This document shows, in pieces, positions 1-8,984 of a DNA stretch of 34,243 bases; position 1 is the stretch's first letter, and each line of letters opens with the position of its first letter. The notes under the pieces are model-generated. The model searched no databases. It was not told where the DNA came from and saw nothing but the letters and a program-made list of their open reading frames with translations. This stretch comes from a virus (lineage: Duplodnaviria > Caudoviricetes). The position numbers were made by a program, and so were the translations under genes. The stretch covers positions 1 to 34,243 of IMG/VR virus record IMGVR_UViG_3300049009_000280; one strand, written 5' to 3'.

Positions 1-1041
1 TAGGTTTGCAATCTGCACATTGGCAAGGTCTTTGCTCAATTCTATATAGGTTGGATCGCCCGCCCATCCTGATATTTTTCTTCTAATTGCTCCCGCTACC
101 CCGGAAGTTGGCAAAAAACCTTGCTCTAATTCTTTTGCTTTTGCCTCAACTTCACTCATGCTGCGCTTGGCCGAAGTCATTTCCGACTGCCTAGCAACCA
201 ATCCTTCGCGGTACGCTTGACCTTTTGCGGCGTCTGCCGCTTCGCTGGGCTGGGATATGTATTGCTGGGCGGCGCTTCTGACTGGATACGGCAAAGGAGC
301 GCCAGTCATTTGCGGCGCAGTAACGCCACCGGCTTGCGGTGCTGCGCTTGCGCTAACGCCACCAGCAATGCCAACTTGAACCGTTTGCGTGCCACCAAGC
401 GTCGGCGTGCTGACAACCGTTCGACCTTCAGGCGTGACCGCAGTATTAGTCTGATAAGACCCAAGCTGCCCAGATTCGCTCAAGCCTGCAACATGGCGCT
501 GGATGAGGAAATTTCGCAGGCCAGCGGGATTTTCTTGCGCCATTTTGATGTAGGGCGCAATCAAATTGTTGGCGGCAGCGGGATCAACGCCAGATGCTTT
601 TGCCTGTTGTTGTCCCCAATTGTTGATGTAATCAACCAATTTTGCATTGTCAACCGGCTTGCCGGCTGCGGATTCCAAAATCATTGGATCGTTGATTGCT
701 CCGACATAGCCGTTGGCAATGGTCTTGGCTTTGTTGGCTTGCAAGTTGAGGGCGGACGATGCGGCGCCAGTCGCCGCCGTTTCGGCCTCGCTTCCTGCTC
801 GAGCAATTCTCGGCGTTTCAGTCCCGGTAGCAACCCGAGACTCGGCACCAATCCGCGCCAGCTCCAGCGGATTGACCGCCGCAGCTTGCTCCACTTGCAT
901 CTGCTTGGCCCGCAACTCCAGCGGGTTCATTTGCTGTTCTTGCTGGTACGCCTGCGCTCCACGCGCCATGGTGAGCATGTCCGCCAAGGACGATTGCCGG
1001 ACGGGTTGGACTTGCGGGACGGTGAAAGCGTAATCGGGCAT
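1..1041 (-). CDS. Putative ejection/DNA transfer protein, 3'-truncated by window edge
   Basis: Not in the ORF track because it has no stop; hand translation from ATG 1041 (MPDYAFTVPQVQPVRQSSLADMLTMARGAQAYQQ...YIELSKDLANVQIANL) is open to base 1; Ala/Gln-rich; follows the gp7-like gene. Confidence 0.7.
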   Translation of the reverse strand, partial: MPDYAFTVPQVQPVRQSSLADMLTMARGAQAYQQEQQMNPLELRAKQMQVEQAAAVNPLELARIGAESRVATGTETPRIARAGSEAETAATGAASSALNLQANKAKTIANGYVGAINDPMILESAAGKPVDNAKLVDYINNWGQQQAKASGVDPAAANNLIAPYIKMAQENPAGLRNFLIQRHVAGLSESGQLGSYQTNTAVTPEGRTVVSTPTLGGTQTVQVGIAGGVSASAAPQAGGVTAPQMTGAPLPYPVRSAAQQYISQPSEAADAAKGQAYREGLVARQSEMTSAKRSMSEVEAKAKELEQGFLPTSGVAGAIRRKISGWAGDPTYIELSKDLANVQIANL

Positions 1042-1044
1042 GGT

Positions 1045-1878
1045 TTAGCCTCCAACTGGTGCAATGTAGGCGGATGGGTTGTTCATGCCAGCGCCGCCGC
1101 CGCCTGGCACGCTGCCGAACCCGCCGCCGTATTGATAGGTGTTTGGCACAACTCCAGCGCCGCCGCTAGGGTTCATGAGACTAGCCAAGTACCCAGCATT
1201 CCCAATCCCCTGCAGCCCGCCAGCCATCGCGTTAGCCGCGCCGACCGCGCCACCCGCTTGCGCCCCAGCTGCGCCAACGCCAAGCTGCCCCATGGCGTTG
1301 GTGGCTCCAATGCCAGCCGCATTGGTCTGCGATTGCCCAGTCTGGCCAATGCCAGCGATCCCGGCGAGCCGGTTGTAGATGTTGGTCTGCTGGCCTTGGA
1401 AGTTGTTGAATGCTTGCTGGTACGCATTGCTGGCGTAGTCCTCGGCAAACTTGGTGCCGGCCCGGTTGATGTTGCTGCCGCCGCCGCCAACGTTCATGGC
1501 CTGATTCTGAGCGCCAAGGCCTTGCTGCAGCATGAATTGATAGTTGGGCGCCAGGCTGCTTTTCAGTTGTTCAGGGCCGAACTGCTGGGTCAGGTAACCG
1601 GTGCCTTGGGTTGTCCCAATGACGTTGCCCTGGGCGTCGTACTGCTGCTGCTGGCCTGGCAGCATCCCGCCAAGCTGACTGAGCGCCGAGTAGCCTATGC
1701 TGCGCTGCGGCGCCTGTTGGGCGTTGATGCGGTCTAGGTTGGCCTGCTGCTGGGCTTGGGCTGCTGCTGCGGCGTCGGCTTGTAGGCGGGCGCCATATTG
1801 AGACGCATTGGCCTGCTGGCTTGCTCCTGCAAATCCAAGCAGGGCTGACCCGCCAATTGCTGCTGCTACCCAAGTCAT
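1045..1878 (-). CDS. Ejection/DNA transfer protein (P22 gp7-like)
   Basis: 277 aa, hydrophobic N-terminus (MTWVAAAIGGSALLG), Gly/Ala/Gln-rich, PNYQF..QQG motif; position after the tail genes. Confidence 0.75.
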   Translation of the reverse strand: MTWVAAAIGGSALLGFAGASQQANASQYGARLQADAAAAAQAQQQANLDRINAQQAPQRSIGYSALSQLGGMLPGQQQQYDAQGNVIGTTQGTGYLTQQFGPEQLKSSLAPNYQFMLQQGLGAQNQAMNVGGGGSNINRAGTKFAEDYASNAYQQAFNNFQGQQTNIYNRLAGIAGIGQTGQSQTNAAGIGATNAMGQLGVGAAGAQAGGAVGAANAMAGGLQGIGNAGYLASLMNPSGGAGVVPNTYQYGGGFGSVPGGGGAGMNNPSAYIAPVGG

Positions 1879-2315
1879 GTTAAAACCCCCATCTTCAATT
1901 TGTTACTGGCGTCAAACAAGGCCAGGTCGTTCGGCTCAATCAACTCTGCCTCGATCTCGTCCAGATCGGTCTTGTCGGTGCGGTGGATCGTGATCCCGAT
2001 TGCGTCGGTGATCGCCATCGTCACCCGTTTGGTGCCTGGCAGCGACTGGATAACGTCCCCGGCGCGCATGTGGCGCATTCCCGTCTCGCTCCACGCCATT
2101 ATCTCGCCTTTGGCGCACAAGAAGAGATGCGGCTTGAGGTGAGTCTTGCCAACGATGATCGTCCCAGCCGCCCGCGCTACCTTGCGGCAGTACATGCCTT
2201 CGGAGAAATAGTGCTCCGTCTCAAGCTCAACTTGAGGCATGGCGAGCATTTCCGTCTCAAGCCGCTGGATTTGCTCCAGCGTCGGCGGCTCGGGGCGGTC
2301 GGTAAGCTCTAGCAT
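1875..2315 (-). CDS. Cupin-like protein (146 aa)
   Basis: Likely start ATG 2315 ([10 protein letters not shown]), inside the over-long track ORF 1875..2840; HYFSEGMYCR...GKTHLKPH...GDVIQSLPGTKR cupin-like pattern. Confidence 0.7.
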   Translation of the reverse strand: MLELTDRPEPPTLEQIQRLETEMLAMPQVELETEHYFSEGMYCRKVARAAGTIIVGKTHLKPHLFLCAKGEIMAWSETGMRHMRAGDVIQSLPGTKRVTMAITDAIGITIHRTDKTDLDEIEAELIEPNDLALFDASNKLKMGVLT

Positions 2316-2551
2316 TTCCACTTCTTCAGAGCCAGCGCCTTGCGGGTAGGCTCGCCCTTGGCGTCCTTCATCGGGCCCGGCACGCCGCCCATCCTGGCGC
2401 AGAACGAGTCTTTGCGCGCCCCACCCTCGGGCTGCGGTGGCTTCAACCCAGGCTTGCCGGGGTTCGCTGCGTTGTACGAGGCGCGGCCCTTGGCGTTCAA
2501 GCCGCCGCTCTCGGACTTGCCCTCTTTGCGCTGCCAGGCTGGAGTTTTCAT
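2309..2551 (-). CDS. Small basic conserved phage protein (DUF6321-like)
   Basis: 80 aa, [21 protein letters not shown]...SFCARM...LKKWKC; overlaps both neighbours; DUF label from recall only. Confidence 0.7.
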   Translation of the reverse strand: MKTPAWQRKEGKSESGGLNAKGRASYNAANPGKPGLKPPQPEGGARKDSFCARMGGVPGPMKDAKGEPTRKALALKKWKC

Positions 2552-3720
2552 GCTGCTGCAATCGTGGTGACGGTGCCCGATGAGCCCCGGTATTTGAGAG
2601 CGCCGGCCTCGACGTAGAGCTGGCCCATGCCTGCCGGGGAGGTTGTCGGCGCGGTGCCGTTGCCGATGCCAATGACCTTTTCAGCGTTGGTGCCCCAGAC
2701 AGCGGGCTGTCCGTTGTTGAAGCCAATGTTGCCAGTGCTGCTGATCTGCATCCTAGCCACTGGCGGCAAGGTGCTGTTGTTGGTGCCGGTGGCAAACGAG
2801 AAGGCCGTAGGGACGGTTCCCGTAGACACCGCACCGTCAACGTACACCGACATGTTGGCTAGGAATTGATTACTTGTGCCATCCGCACCACCAAACAACC
2901 ACGCGCCAAGCGAGTCGTTTTGCTGCACCGCAGTGGTGGACGTAGCCGTTGTGCCGCGAGTCTTAAGAATATATACGGCAGCACTGGCAGCGGTGTCGGA
3001 ATAGCCTCGTTGTATTATGCTGGGTGCAAACGTAGTAGCAGCCCCAAACACCTGAACGCCAAATGCACTTGCGCTAGAAGTAGGGCCACCAACTATAACT
3101 TTGGTCGGAATGGCAACAGTGCCAGTAAGCGAGGGAGAATCTGAGAACACAAGGTTGGTACTTGTGGTGCCCGTCGCGCCTGCCGCCGTGTAGCCAGTGA
3201 TGTTGTTGAACGATGCAATGCTGGCCGTAATAGCGTTTGTGCCGCCGTTGGCGACAGGCAGCGCCGTGCCAGAGTAGGCAAGGGCGAGCGTTCCAGCGGC
3301 AGTGATCGGCGACCCGGTGACGCTCAGAAACGCCGGCACGGTGGCTGCTACGCTGGTGACGGTGCCCACCCCGGTTACCGTCGCCCAAGTTGGCGCGCCT
3401 GCGCCGTTGGATTGCAGAACCTGGCCTACGGTGCCGACAGCAGAGAATGCGTAGGCTGTGCCGGTGCCGTAGGGGACTGTTCCAGCCGTTGGCGTTGCGG
3501 TGGCGTTCGTGCCGCCGTTGGCAACCGCCAAGGTGCCCGCAAGCGTAACGGCGCCGGCAGTCGCGGTCGCTGGGGTCAGGCCGGTAGTGCCGCCAGACAC
3601 AGTGGTCTGCGTAGCGGCGACCGTCGACTGCTTGGTGACGCCGCCTTGCACCACCGCAACAAGCTCGGTGCCCGTAAGAGCACCAGCAGCAGGAAGGTTT
3701 GATATTTTGACGCCGGCCAT
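2548..3720 (-). CDS. Tail fibre protein
   Basis: 390 aa Thr/Gly/Ala-rich; N-terminal VKISNLPAA anchor-type motif; repeated L(A/P)VANGGTNA units. Confidence 0.8.
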   Translation of the reverse strand: MAGVKISNLPAAGALTGTELVAVVQGGVTKQSTVAATQTTVSGGTTGLTPATATAGAVTLAGTLAVANGGTNATATPTAGTVPYGTGTAYAFSAVGTVGQVLQSNGAGAPTWATVTGVGTVTSVAATVPAFLSVTGSPITAAGTLALAYSGTALPVANGGTNAITASIASFNNITGYTAAGATGTTSTNLVFSDSPSLTGTVAIPTKVIVGGPTSSASAFGVQVFGAATTFAPSIIQRGYSDTAASAAVYILKTRGTTATSTTAVQQNDSLGAWLFGGADGTSNQFLANMSVYVDGAVSTGTVPTAFSFATGTNNSTLPPVARMQISSTGNIGFNNGQPAVWGTNAEKVIGIGNGTAPTTSPAGMGQLYVEAGALKYRGSSGTVTTIAAA

Positions 3721-3729
3721 GATGGCTCC

Positions 3730-5466
3730 TTATGCTGCAAAGTATTGACCAGTGATGATAACGTCGGCACTTGCCGCCCAGGTCGGCACATAGATGACGT
3801 TGCTGTTGACTAGGCCGGTGCCGTAGCCAATCGCCGTGACGTTTGACGCGGCAACGCAAGTGCCGGCTACCACGGTCGAGGTTGGCGTGCTGAAGCTAGT
3901 GGTGCCTGCCGTGGCCGCTGTGGTGGTGGTGCTGGTCACGCGGATCGTAAAGCTGACGAAGTCACCAATGCGCTCGAACGTGCCGACGTAGGTCGGGGTT
4001 CCAACAATCGTCAGATTGGTTGCAACTGGCGTCCAAGTGCTCTTGGTGACGTAGGAGTCGGGCAGCGTGGTGCCGCTGTTGACGTTGTACAACTGGATGT
4101 GGCGGGTATCGGTGCCAGCGTCGGTGATGGTGCCCGCACCGTTAAGGTTGTAGGCCAAAGAATTCGTGACCGTGTTCTTGACACCGGCTTCAATCTTCAA
4201 AGTGTCAATGCTGCCACCAAAAAACGCAGTGCTGTTGCCGCCGTATATCCATATTAGTGGACTGCCCGCCGTCGACGGCGCTACATACCCTTGACCATCA
4301 TCGGCAAAAATGTTTACGAAAGAAGTTCTTATACCAGCGCATTTGACGTGAAACGTTGTTGCATCTCCAAGAATGCCGTTGGCCTCAAGGTCCATGTTGA
4401 TAAACGTGTTATCAATGCTGTTAGGACCGATGAGGATACCGCCGTAGCCGGTGGTGTACCCGCAACCTTCAACCGTGCCGCCGATAAAAACACTCGCAGC
4501 AGCTTCATCCAACACCAACCCGTTACCGCTAGTGCCTTCAATGACGGGGTTGATCCAAGTGCAATTGGAGCATTGTTCATTGGTATTGCGCAGGCCAAGG
4601 CCAACGCCAATCACGGATGGCGTAACGAGGCCAGGCTCGTTGCCCGAATGGCAGAAGTCGTAAAACGAGTTGGACACCATGAAGTTGCACAGCATGGCGT
4701 AGGCGGGGAAATTGATAGGCCGCAGGCGATTGAACTGGCTGTGCGTGATGCCCCGGATGAAGACGCCGATGGTCGCTGCGCCAGTGCAGTTGATCGTCAG
4801 GTTGTCGATTACGATGTCTTGTACGACAACGCCTGCGGTCGCTCCAGCATCAACAACCAACCCCGGCCCAGCGCCAGTGATGTTGAGCACAACCCGCCCG
4901 ATGCCCTGGATGCGGGCGCCGAGGATTGCAAAGTTGGGCAACGCGCCGACGTTGTACGTCCCTGCTGGGATGGTCAGTTGGCGGGAGATGTTCCAAGCGT
5001 TGGCAAACGCGGTGGTGTTGGCGGCTGCGCTGGCGCTGGGCAAGAACCCAAAGTCGGCCACGCTGTAGGAGTCGCTCAGTTTGCTCTGGACCGTGCGCGT
5101 GGTGCCGGGGCCAGTCTGGGTGAAGCCAACCAAGGTCGAGCCGGTACTGCCGGCTAGCAGTGCCTCAAACGCGGCAAGCGCCAGCAGCGCATCTTGCGTG
5201 GTGATGTTGTCGGCGGTCCAGATTAGGACACCCGCCGCATCGCGCAGCGTGAACTTGTACGCTGCCGGCCCAAGCCAGACCGCCGCCTCACCTCGAGTGT
5301 TGAGCGTGATAGTGGTCGGGTTGGCAATTGCTGCGCTGAAATCGGTGTAGGTGGCTAGCGGCGTGCTTGTGCCGGCGGCAAACGTCTCAAGCGTGCCAAG
5401 ATATAGCGGTGCACCAATAACGTCGAAAAACTGCATCAACGGGTTGGGGGTGAGATATGCGCTCAT
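3730..5466 (-). CDS. Tailspike with predicted right-handed beta-helix (pectate-lyase-like) domain
   Basis: 578 aa; N-terminal particle-binding domain (QFFD..GAPL..G..ETFAAGTSTPLATYTD), RTVQSKL..SVADFG neck, LTIPAGTY and Asn/Ile/Val ladder. Confidence 0.85.
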   Translation of the reverse strand: MSAYLTPNPLMQFFDVIGAPLYLGTLETFAAGTSTPLATYTDFSAAIANPTTITLNTRGEAAVWLGPAAYKFTLRDAAGVLIWTADNITTQDALLALAAFEALLAGSTGSTLVGFTQTGPGTTRTVQSKLSDSYSVADFGFLPSASAAANTTAFANAWNISRQLTIPAGTYNVGALPNFAILGARIQGIGRVVLNITGAGPGLVVDAGATAGVVVQDIVIDNLTINCTGAATIGVFIRGITHSQFNRLRPINFPAYAMLCNFMVSNSFYDFCHSGNEPGLVTPSVIGVGLGLRNTNEQCSNCTWINPVIEGTSGNGLVLDEAAASVFIGGTVEGCGYTTGYGGILIGPNSIDNTFINMDLEANGILGDATTFHVKCAGIRTSFVNIFADDGQGYVAPSTAGSPLIWIYGGNSTAFFGGSIDTLKIEAGVKNTVTNSLAYNLNGAGTITDAGTDTRHIQLYNVNSGTTLPDSYVTKSTWTPVATNLTIVGTPTYVGTFERIGDFVSFTIRVTSTTTTAATAGTTSFSTPTSTVVAGTCVAASNVTAIGYGTGLVNSNVIYVPTWAASADVIITGQYFAA

Positions 5467-5469
5467 GGG

Positions 5470-6447
5470 TTATACCTGTTGTACGGTCAGAATCATAGAC
5501 GGGGCTTGCGGGTGCGATGCAGACGCCGGGTAGGTTAAGATTTGAGTTGTACCGTTGTCGGTAATCCAATACAACTCAAAATAATCATTGGCAGCGGCTT
5601 GCAAAATATAGTTCCACCCAATAATTGTGTGGCCGTTAACGCCGCCGTGTTTTGGCGGCGTTCCAACAATACCAGCAGAATTGGCTAAATTGACGCCATT
5701 CTGTCGAATCCAGATTGTTACGTCGTCAATTGCGGCAGAAGGGTTTGATATTTCTGCGCTAAATTGGATGTTGTAGATGCCTGCTCTAGTCACAACAATT
5801 CTAGACGTTGGCGATCCAATAGCTACGTTATACGATAGCTCTGTCGAGTTGAACGTGATTGCTGTGGCCGTAAGGGCTACGCCAGACTGGGTCGTGGTAT
5901 CGTAAAACGAGCCGTATGCCTTGTCCGAGGCAATGGTAATGGCTGCGGCGCCATTGGTGATTGCAATCCCGCTGCCGGCGGTCAACGTAGACTTGCCCAA
6001 CGTGTTGCCAGCGGTGTTGCCAATCAGTAGCTGACCGTTGGTGTAGGTGCTCTGCCCTGTGCCGCCGCTTGCGACGTTGAGCAGGCCGGAGAGTGTGATG
6101 GCGCCAGTCGTTGCCCCTGCCGGGGTCAAGCCGGTAACGCCGCCGGCCCAAGTGAGCACGCCAGTATTGGCAAGCGTAATGGTGCCTGACGCATTGGCGA
6201 CAGATATTCCTGGGCCTGGTGTCAGCGTGTCAAGCGTGTAGCCTATGCTATTGCCAATGAGCAGCTGGCCGTTCGTCGGGATCGTGGACAGGCCTGTGCC
6301 GCCAGATGTAACGCTCAAAGCATTTGCGGCATTGATCTGAATAACGCTCGGGCTCATCAGCCAGAGCATCCACTCCCGCGCTGGCCGCTTGGTCAGCGGG
6401 TCCAGAAACTCGGACTGCGGGAAGTTGATGTTGGTGTTGGTGGCCAT
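5470..6447 (-). CDS. Tail appendage/needle-position protein with C-terminal C1q/BclA-like jelly-roll
   Basis: 325 aa; two GGTG...TNGQLLIGN repeats; C-terminal YGSFYDTTTQ...AGIYNIQFSA; directly follows the gp10-like gene. Confidence 0.65.
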   Translation of the reverse strand: MATNTNINFPQSEFLDPLTKRPAREWMLWLMSPSVIQINAANALSVTSGGTGLSTIPTNGQLLIGNSIGYTLDTLTPGPGISVANASGTITLANTGVLTWAGGVTGLTPAGATTGAITLSGLLNVASGGTGQSTYTNGQLLIGNTAGNTLGKSTLTAGSGIAITNGAAAITIASDKAYGSFYDTTTQSGVALTATAITFNSTELSYNVAIGSPTSRIVVTRAGIYNIQFSAEISNPSAAIDDVTIWIRQNGVNLANSAGIVGTPPKHGGVNGHTIIGWNYILQAAANDYFELYWITDNGTTQILTYPASASHPQAPSMILTVQQV

Positions 6448-8003
6448 CAGTTGTCGCCCACCGATGCCTTCAGGTTGGCCGAGACAATCACCGCCTTGAC
6501 GGGATCGGAGATGGAGACCTCAAAGATACGGTCCCGCGCCATGCCCAGGCGGCGCCAGATGGCTCGGTTCTGATAGCGCCCGATCTTGCCAATGCTTGTC
6601 CAGTGCTCGTTTGACCAAGTGCTGCCGCCGTCGTTGCTCCAGCGCAGCATGGCTTGCGGGTCAACGCCCTGGGTGGTGGCAACGGAGACCAGCAGATCGT
6701 CGCCGGACTCCGTCAACAGTTCATCGCCGGACTCGGTGAGCAGCGCCTCGAGCGTTATCGTCGGGTCATTGCCTGCCAAGCCAACGCCAGGCTGGAATTG
6801 AATCTGGAACTCGTCGAAGTACTGGCGCTGCAGGTCGGTGGTGAGGTGCGGCGCCCGACGAAGGCGGCGGATAGGCTCGCCATTGTTGGTGTAAACGGTG
6901 TTGCTCAACTTGTAGAGCATCCCGTTCTGGTAATCGCCGATGAAGATGTTGCCGGCAAAGTTGACGCCGCAGTTGGAGCGGTGGCGGTGGAACTCGCCAT
7001 TGGAAAAAGACAGCCACTTGTGCCAAGCCTGGCTTGCCAGATCGTAGACCCAGGTCAGGTCGGCGCTGGGGAAGGTGACAACATAGAACTCGTGACCCTC
7101 GATCTGATAGGTCCAGGCTATTGCGTCGGAAATCGTCTTGTCGACCAGCGATTGTTCGACCGCATGGGTCGATACGCGCTGAAACTGGTAGCCGGCGATC
7201 ATGCCGATGATCGACTGGCCGCGCTGGTCTTGGCTGACGAACATGAACGCCTCGGCAAACCTGGCCACCGAGAACTGGGCGGCGATGCCGTGCTGCACCA
7301 TCGTGCCGGGGACGCGCTGGAACGGAAAGGAGATGATGCCGGGGATTACGTTGCCAATGTCCGTCCAGACTTCGGTGGTGAACTCGCCGAGCAAGTAGAC
7401 CTGGCGGTGGTCAACGATCAGAGACACCAGAGTGTCAGGAGCGCCATCCTTGGCGCCGTAGTAGGCGTTGGTGCTCAGGCTGCTGCCGAGGTCCGTGGCG
7501 GCCCAGTTCTGCGTTCCGGGCTGGTTGTAAATGTTGTAGTTGTCCACTACCTCGCAGACGTCGGCGCCCTGCCACGGACCGTCTGTGGCCGGCAATTGGG
7601 TGAATACGTCAATAGCAGCAACCCAAGTGTACCGATCTGCGCCGCTGACAATGTAGGCGGTCAGGCCATCGGCGGTGGTGACATTGTCGGAGATTGAGAC
7701 TTGCCCAGTGCCCGAGACAAAGCCGATGAGCGTCGGCACCATGGCCGAGGTCATCGAGTAAGCGGAAGTGCCGGAGACCACTACCAGATATTGCCCGCCA
7801 GAGAGCGCCCGCATTCCACGCACAGGGCCAACCGCCAGCTGCGCCGCCATCGTGTAACCTGGCGTTGGGTAGAGCGCCACGATCCCGCGAGTGCCAGGCG
7901 GTTTGGTCGGGTCAACTTCAGGATAGAAATTGATGCACTCCTGAGCATCTTGGTAGATGCTGGGCGCCTCGTAGCTGGGACCGACAAAGCCGAAATCTGG
8001 CAT
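6447..8003 (-). CDS. Tail hub / DNA stabilisation protein (P22 gp10-like)
   Basis: 518 aa; QECINFYPE, STHAVEQ, GHEFYVVTFP..TWVYD, MLRWSNDGGSTW, WRRLG..RDRIFEV motifs. Confidence 0.9.
   Translation of the reverse strand: MPDFGFVGPSYEAPSIYQDAQECINFYPEVDPTKPPGTRGIVALYPTPGYTMAAQLAVGPVRGMRALSGGQYLVVVSGTSAYSMTSAMVPTLIGFVSGTGQVSISDNVTTADGLTAYIVSGADRYTWVAAIDVFTQLPATDGPWQGADVCEVVDNYNIYNQPGTQNWAATDLGSSLSTNAYYGAKDGAPDTLVSLIVDHRQVYLLGEFTTEVWTDIGNVIPGIISFPFQRVPGTMVQHGIAAQFSVARFAEAFMFVSQDQRGQSIIGMIAGYQFQRVSTHAVEQSLVDKTISDAIAWTYQIEGHEFYVVTFPSADLTWVYDLASQAWHKWLSFSNGEFHRHRSNCGVNFAGNIFIGDYQNGMLYKLSNTVYTNNGEPIRRLRRAPHLTTDLQRQYFDEFQIQFQPGVGLAGNDPTITLEALLTESGDELLTESGDDLLVSVATTQGVDPQAMLRWSNDGGSTWSNEHWTSIGKIGRYQNRAIWRRLGMARDRIFEVSISDPVKAVIVSANLKASVGDN
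6690..6743 (-). repeat. Imperfect 24-bp tandem repeat encoding LLTESGDE-LLTESGDD-LL inside the gp10-like gene
   Basis: Seen directly in the DNA and its translation. Confidence 0.85.
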
Positions 8004-8006
8004 GGG

Positions 8007-8984
8007 TTACCTAAATCCGCCGTCCATGATAAACGCCGCGTCCTTGGCCTTGCCCATCAGTAGCGCATCGGGGTAACGAGCGACCGGGGCCGGGAGCATG
8101 TTGGTACGCTTGATTGTAGCCTTGGCCTGGGCTGCAAAGCCGCCAATCATGGCAATTTGCGCCTGCGAGGTCTTGCCGTACATTGGCATCAACCGCTCTG
8201 CCAGGCACCAGCGCAGCGCCATGTTGTAGCCCTGGGGCAGGTTGATGGCGTCGTACAGGCTGACGTATTCAGAGAAGCTCGTGCTGGTAAACAGGTGGAG
8301 CTCGCCCTGGGCCGGGTTGGGCCAGACAAAGATCGTGGCCAACTGCTCTGCCGGCTGGTAATAGATCGCCTTGGGCCAGGGACCGTTCAGGCTCTTAAGC
8401 CCGATCATTTGGTATTCATCAATCCCAAGAACAGCCACCGGATAGTCCAGACCGCCGCCGTAGATCGGCACGCCGTTGGCTGTGGTGCTGACCCGCACAA
8501 ACGCCGATGAGATGGACAGCGGGCGCTCGTAGTAGGCGCGGATTGATGTGCTGGCGACCGTCTGAGGAATGCTGACCGTGTAGGTGCCCAGAACGTTGAC
8601 GTTGCCGCCAGCGCCAGTGACGAAATCAACAATGATGGTGCCAGGCGCAATGCCAGTGCCGGAGAGCTTCTGGCCAACGCAAACGGCGCCAGACGTTAGG
8701 GCGGTGACGGTCAGGACCGTTCCGGCAATTGAGCCGGTAATGTCCGCGCCGATCTGGCCGGTCGGGCCAATGGTGTACTGGATTTGGTTGGACACCACCG
8801 GGAAGATGATTTCGCTGGTGTAGTACACCATCATGTTCTCGTTCGACCATTGCCCAACAATGTCGTTAAGCATCTCGAAAGCGTCTTGCGCCGCGTCGGC
8901 GGTAGGCGTTTCGCCAGCCTCGAGCGCACCAATGTCTTTGAGCGCTCGGCTGATGATTTGGATTGGGGTTGAGGCTGTTGTCAT
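8007..8984 (-). CDS. Head-tail adaptor (P22 gp4-like) with inserted beta-rich domain
   Basis: 325 aa; [38 protein letters not shown]-terminus and [22 protein letters not shown]-terminus. Confidence 0.8.
   Translation of the reverse strand: MTTASTPIQIISRALKDIGALEAGETPTADAAQDAFEMLNDIVGQWSNENMMVYYTSEIIFPVVSNQIQYTIGPTGQIGADITGSIAGTVLTVTALTSGAVCVGQKLSGTGIAPGTIIVDFVTGAGGNVNVLGTYTVSIPQTVASTSIRAYYERPLSISSAFVRVSTTANGVPIYGGGLDYPVAVLGIDEYQMIGLKSLNGPWPKAIYYQPAEQLATIFVWPNPAQGELHLFTSTSFSEYVSLYDAINLPQGYNMALRWCLAERLMPMYGKTSQAQIAMIGGFAAQAKATIKRTNMLPAPVARYPDALLMGKAKDAAFIMDGGFR

Noticed and set aside
217-1737. 506-aa plus-strand ORF and other long antisense ORFs (4291..5157, 6654..7697, 11661..12638, 14731..15771, 16218..17225)
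   Set aside because: Shadows of real minus-strand genes in high-GC DNA; no motifs or SD, atypical composition
2316-2840. N-terminal 175 aa of track ORF 1875..2840
   Set aside because: Overlaps two better-supported genes; the real protein most likely starts at ATG 2315
2548-6447. Diversity-generating retroelement or invertible tail-fibre cassette
   Set aside because: No reverse transcriptase, template repeat, invertase or inverted crossover sites seen
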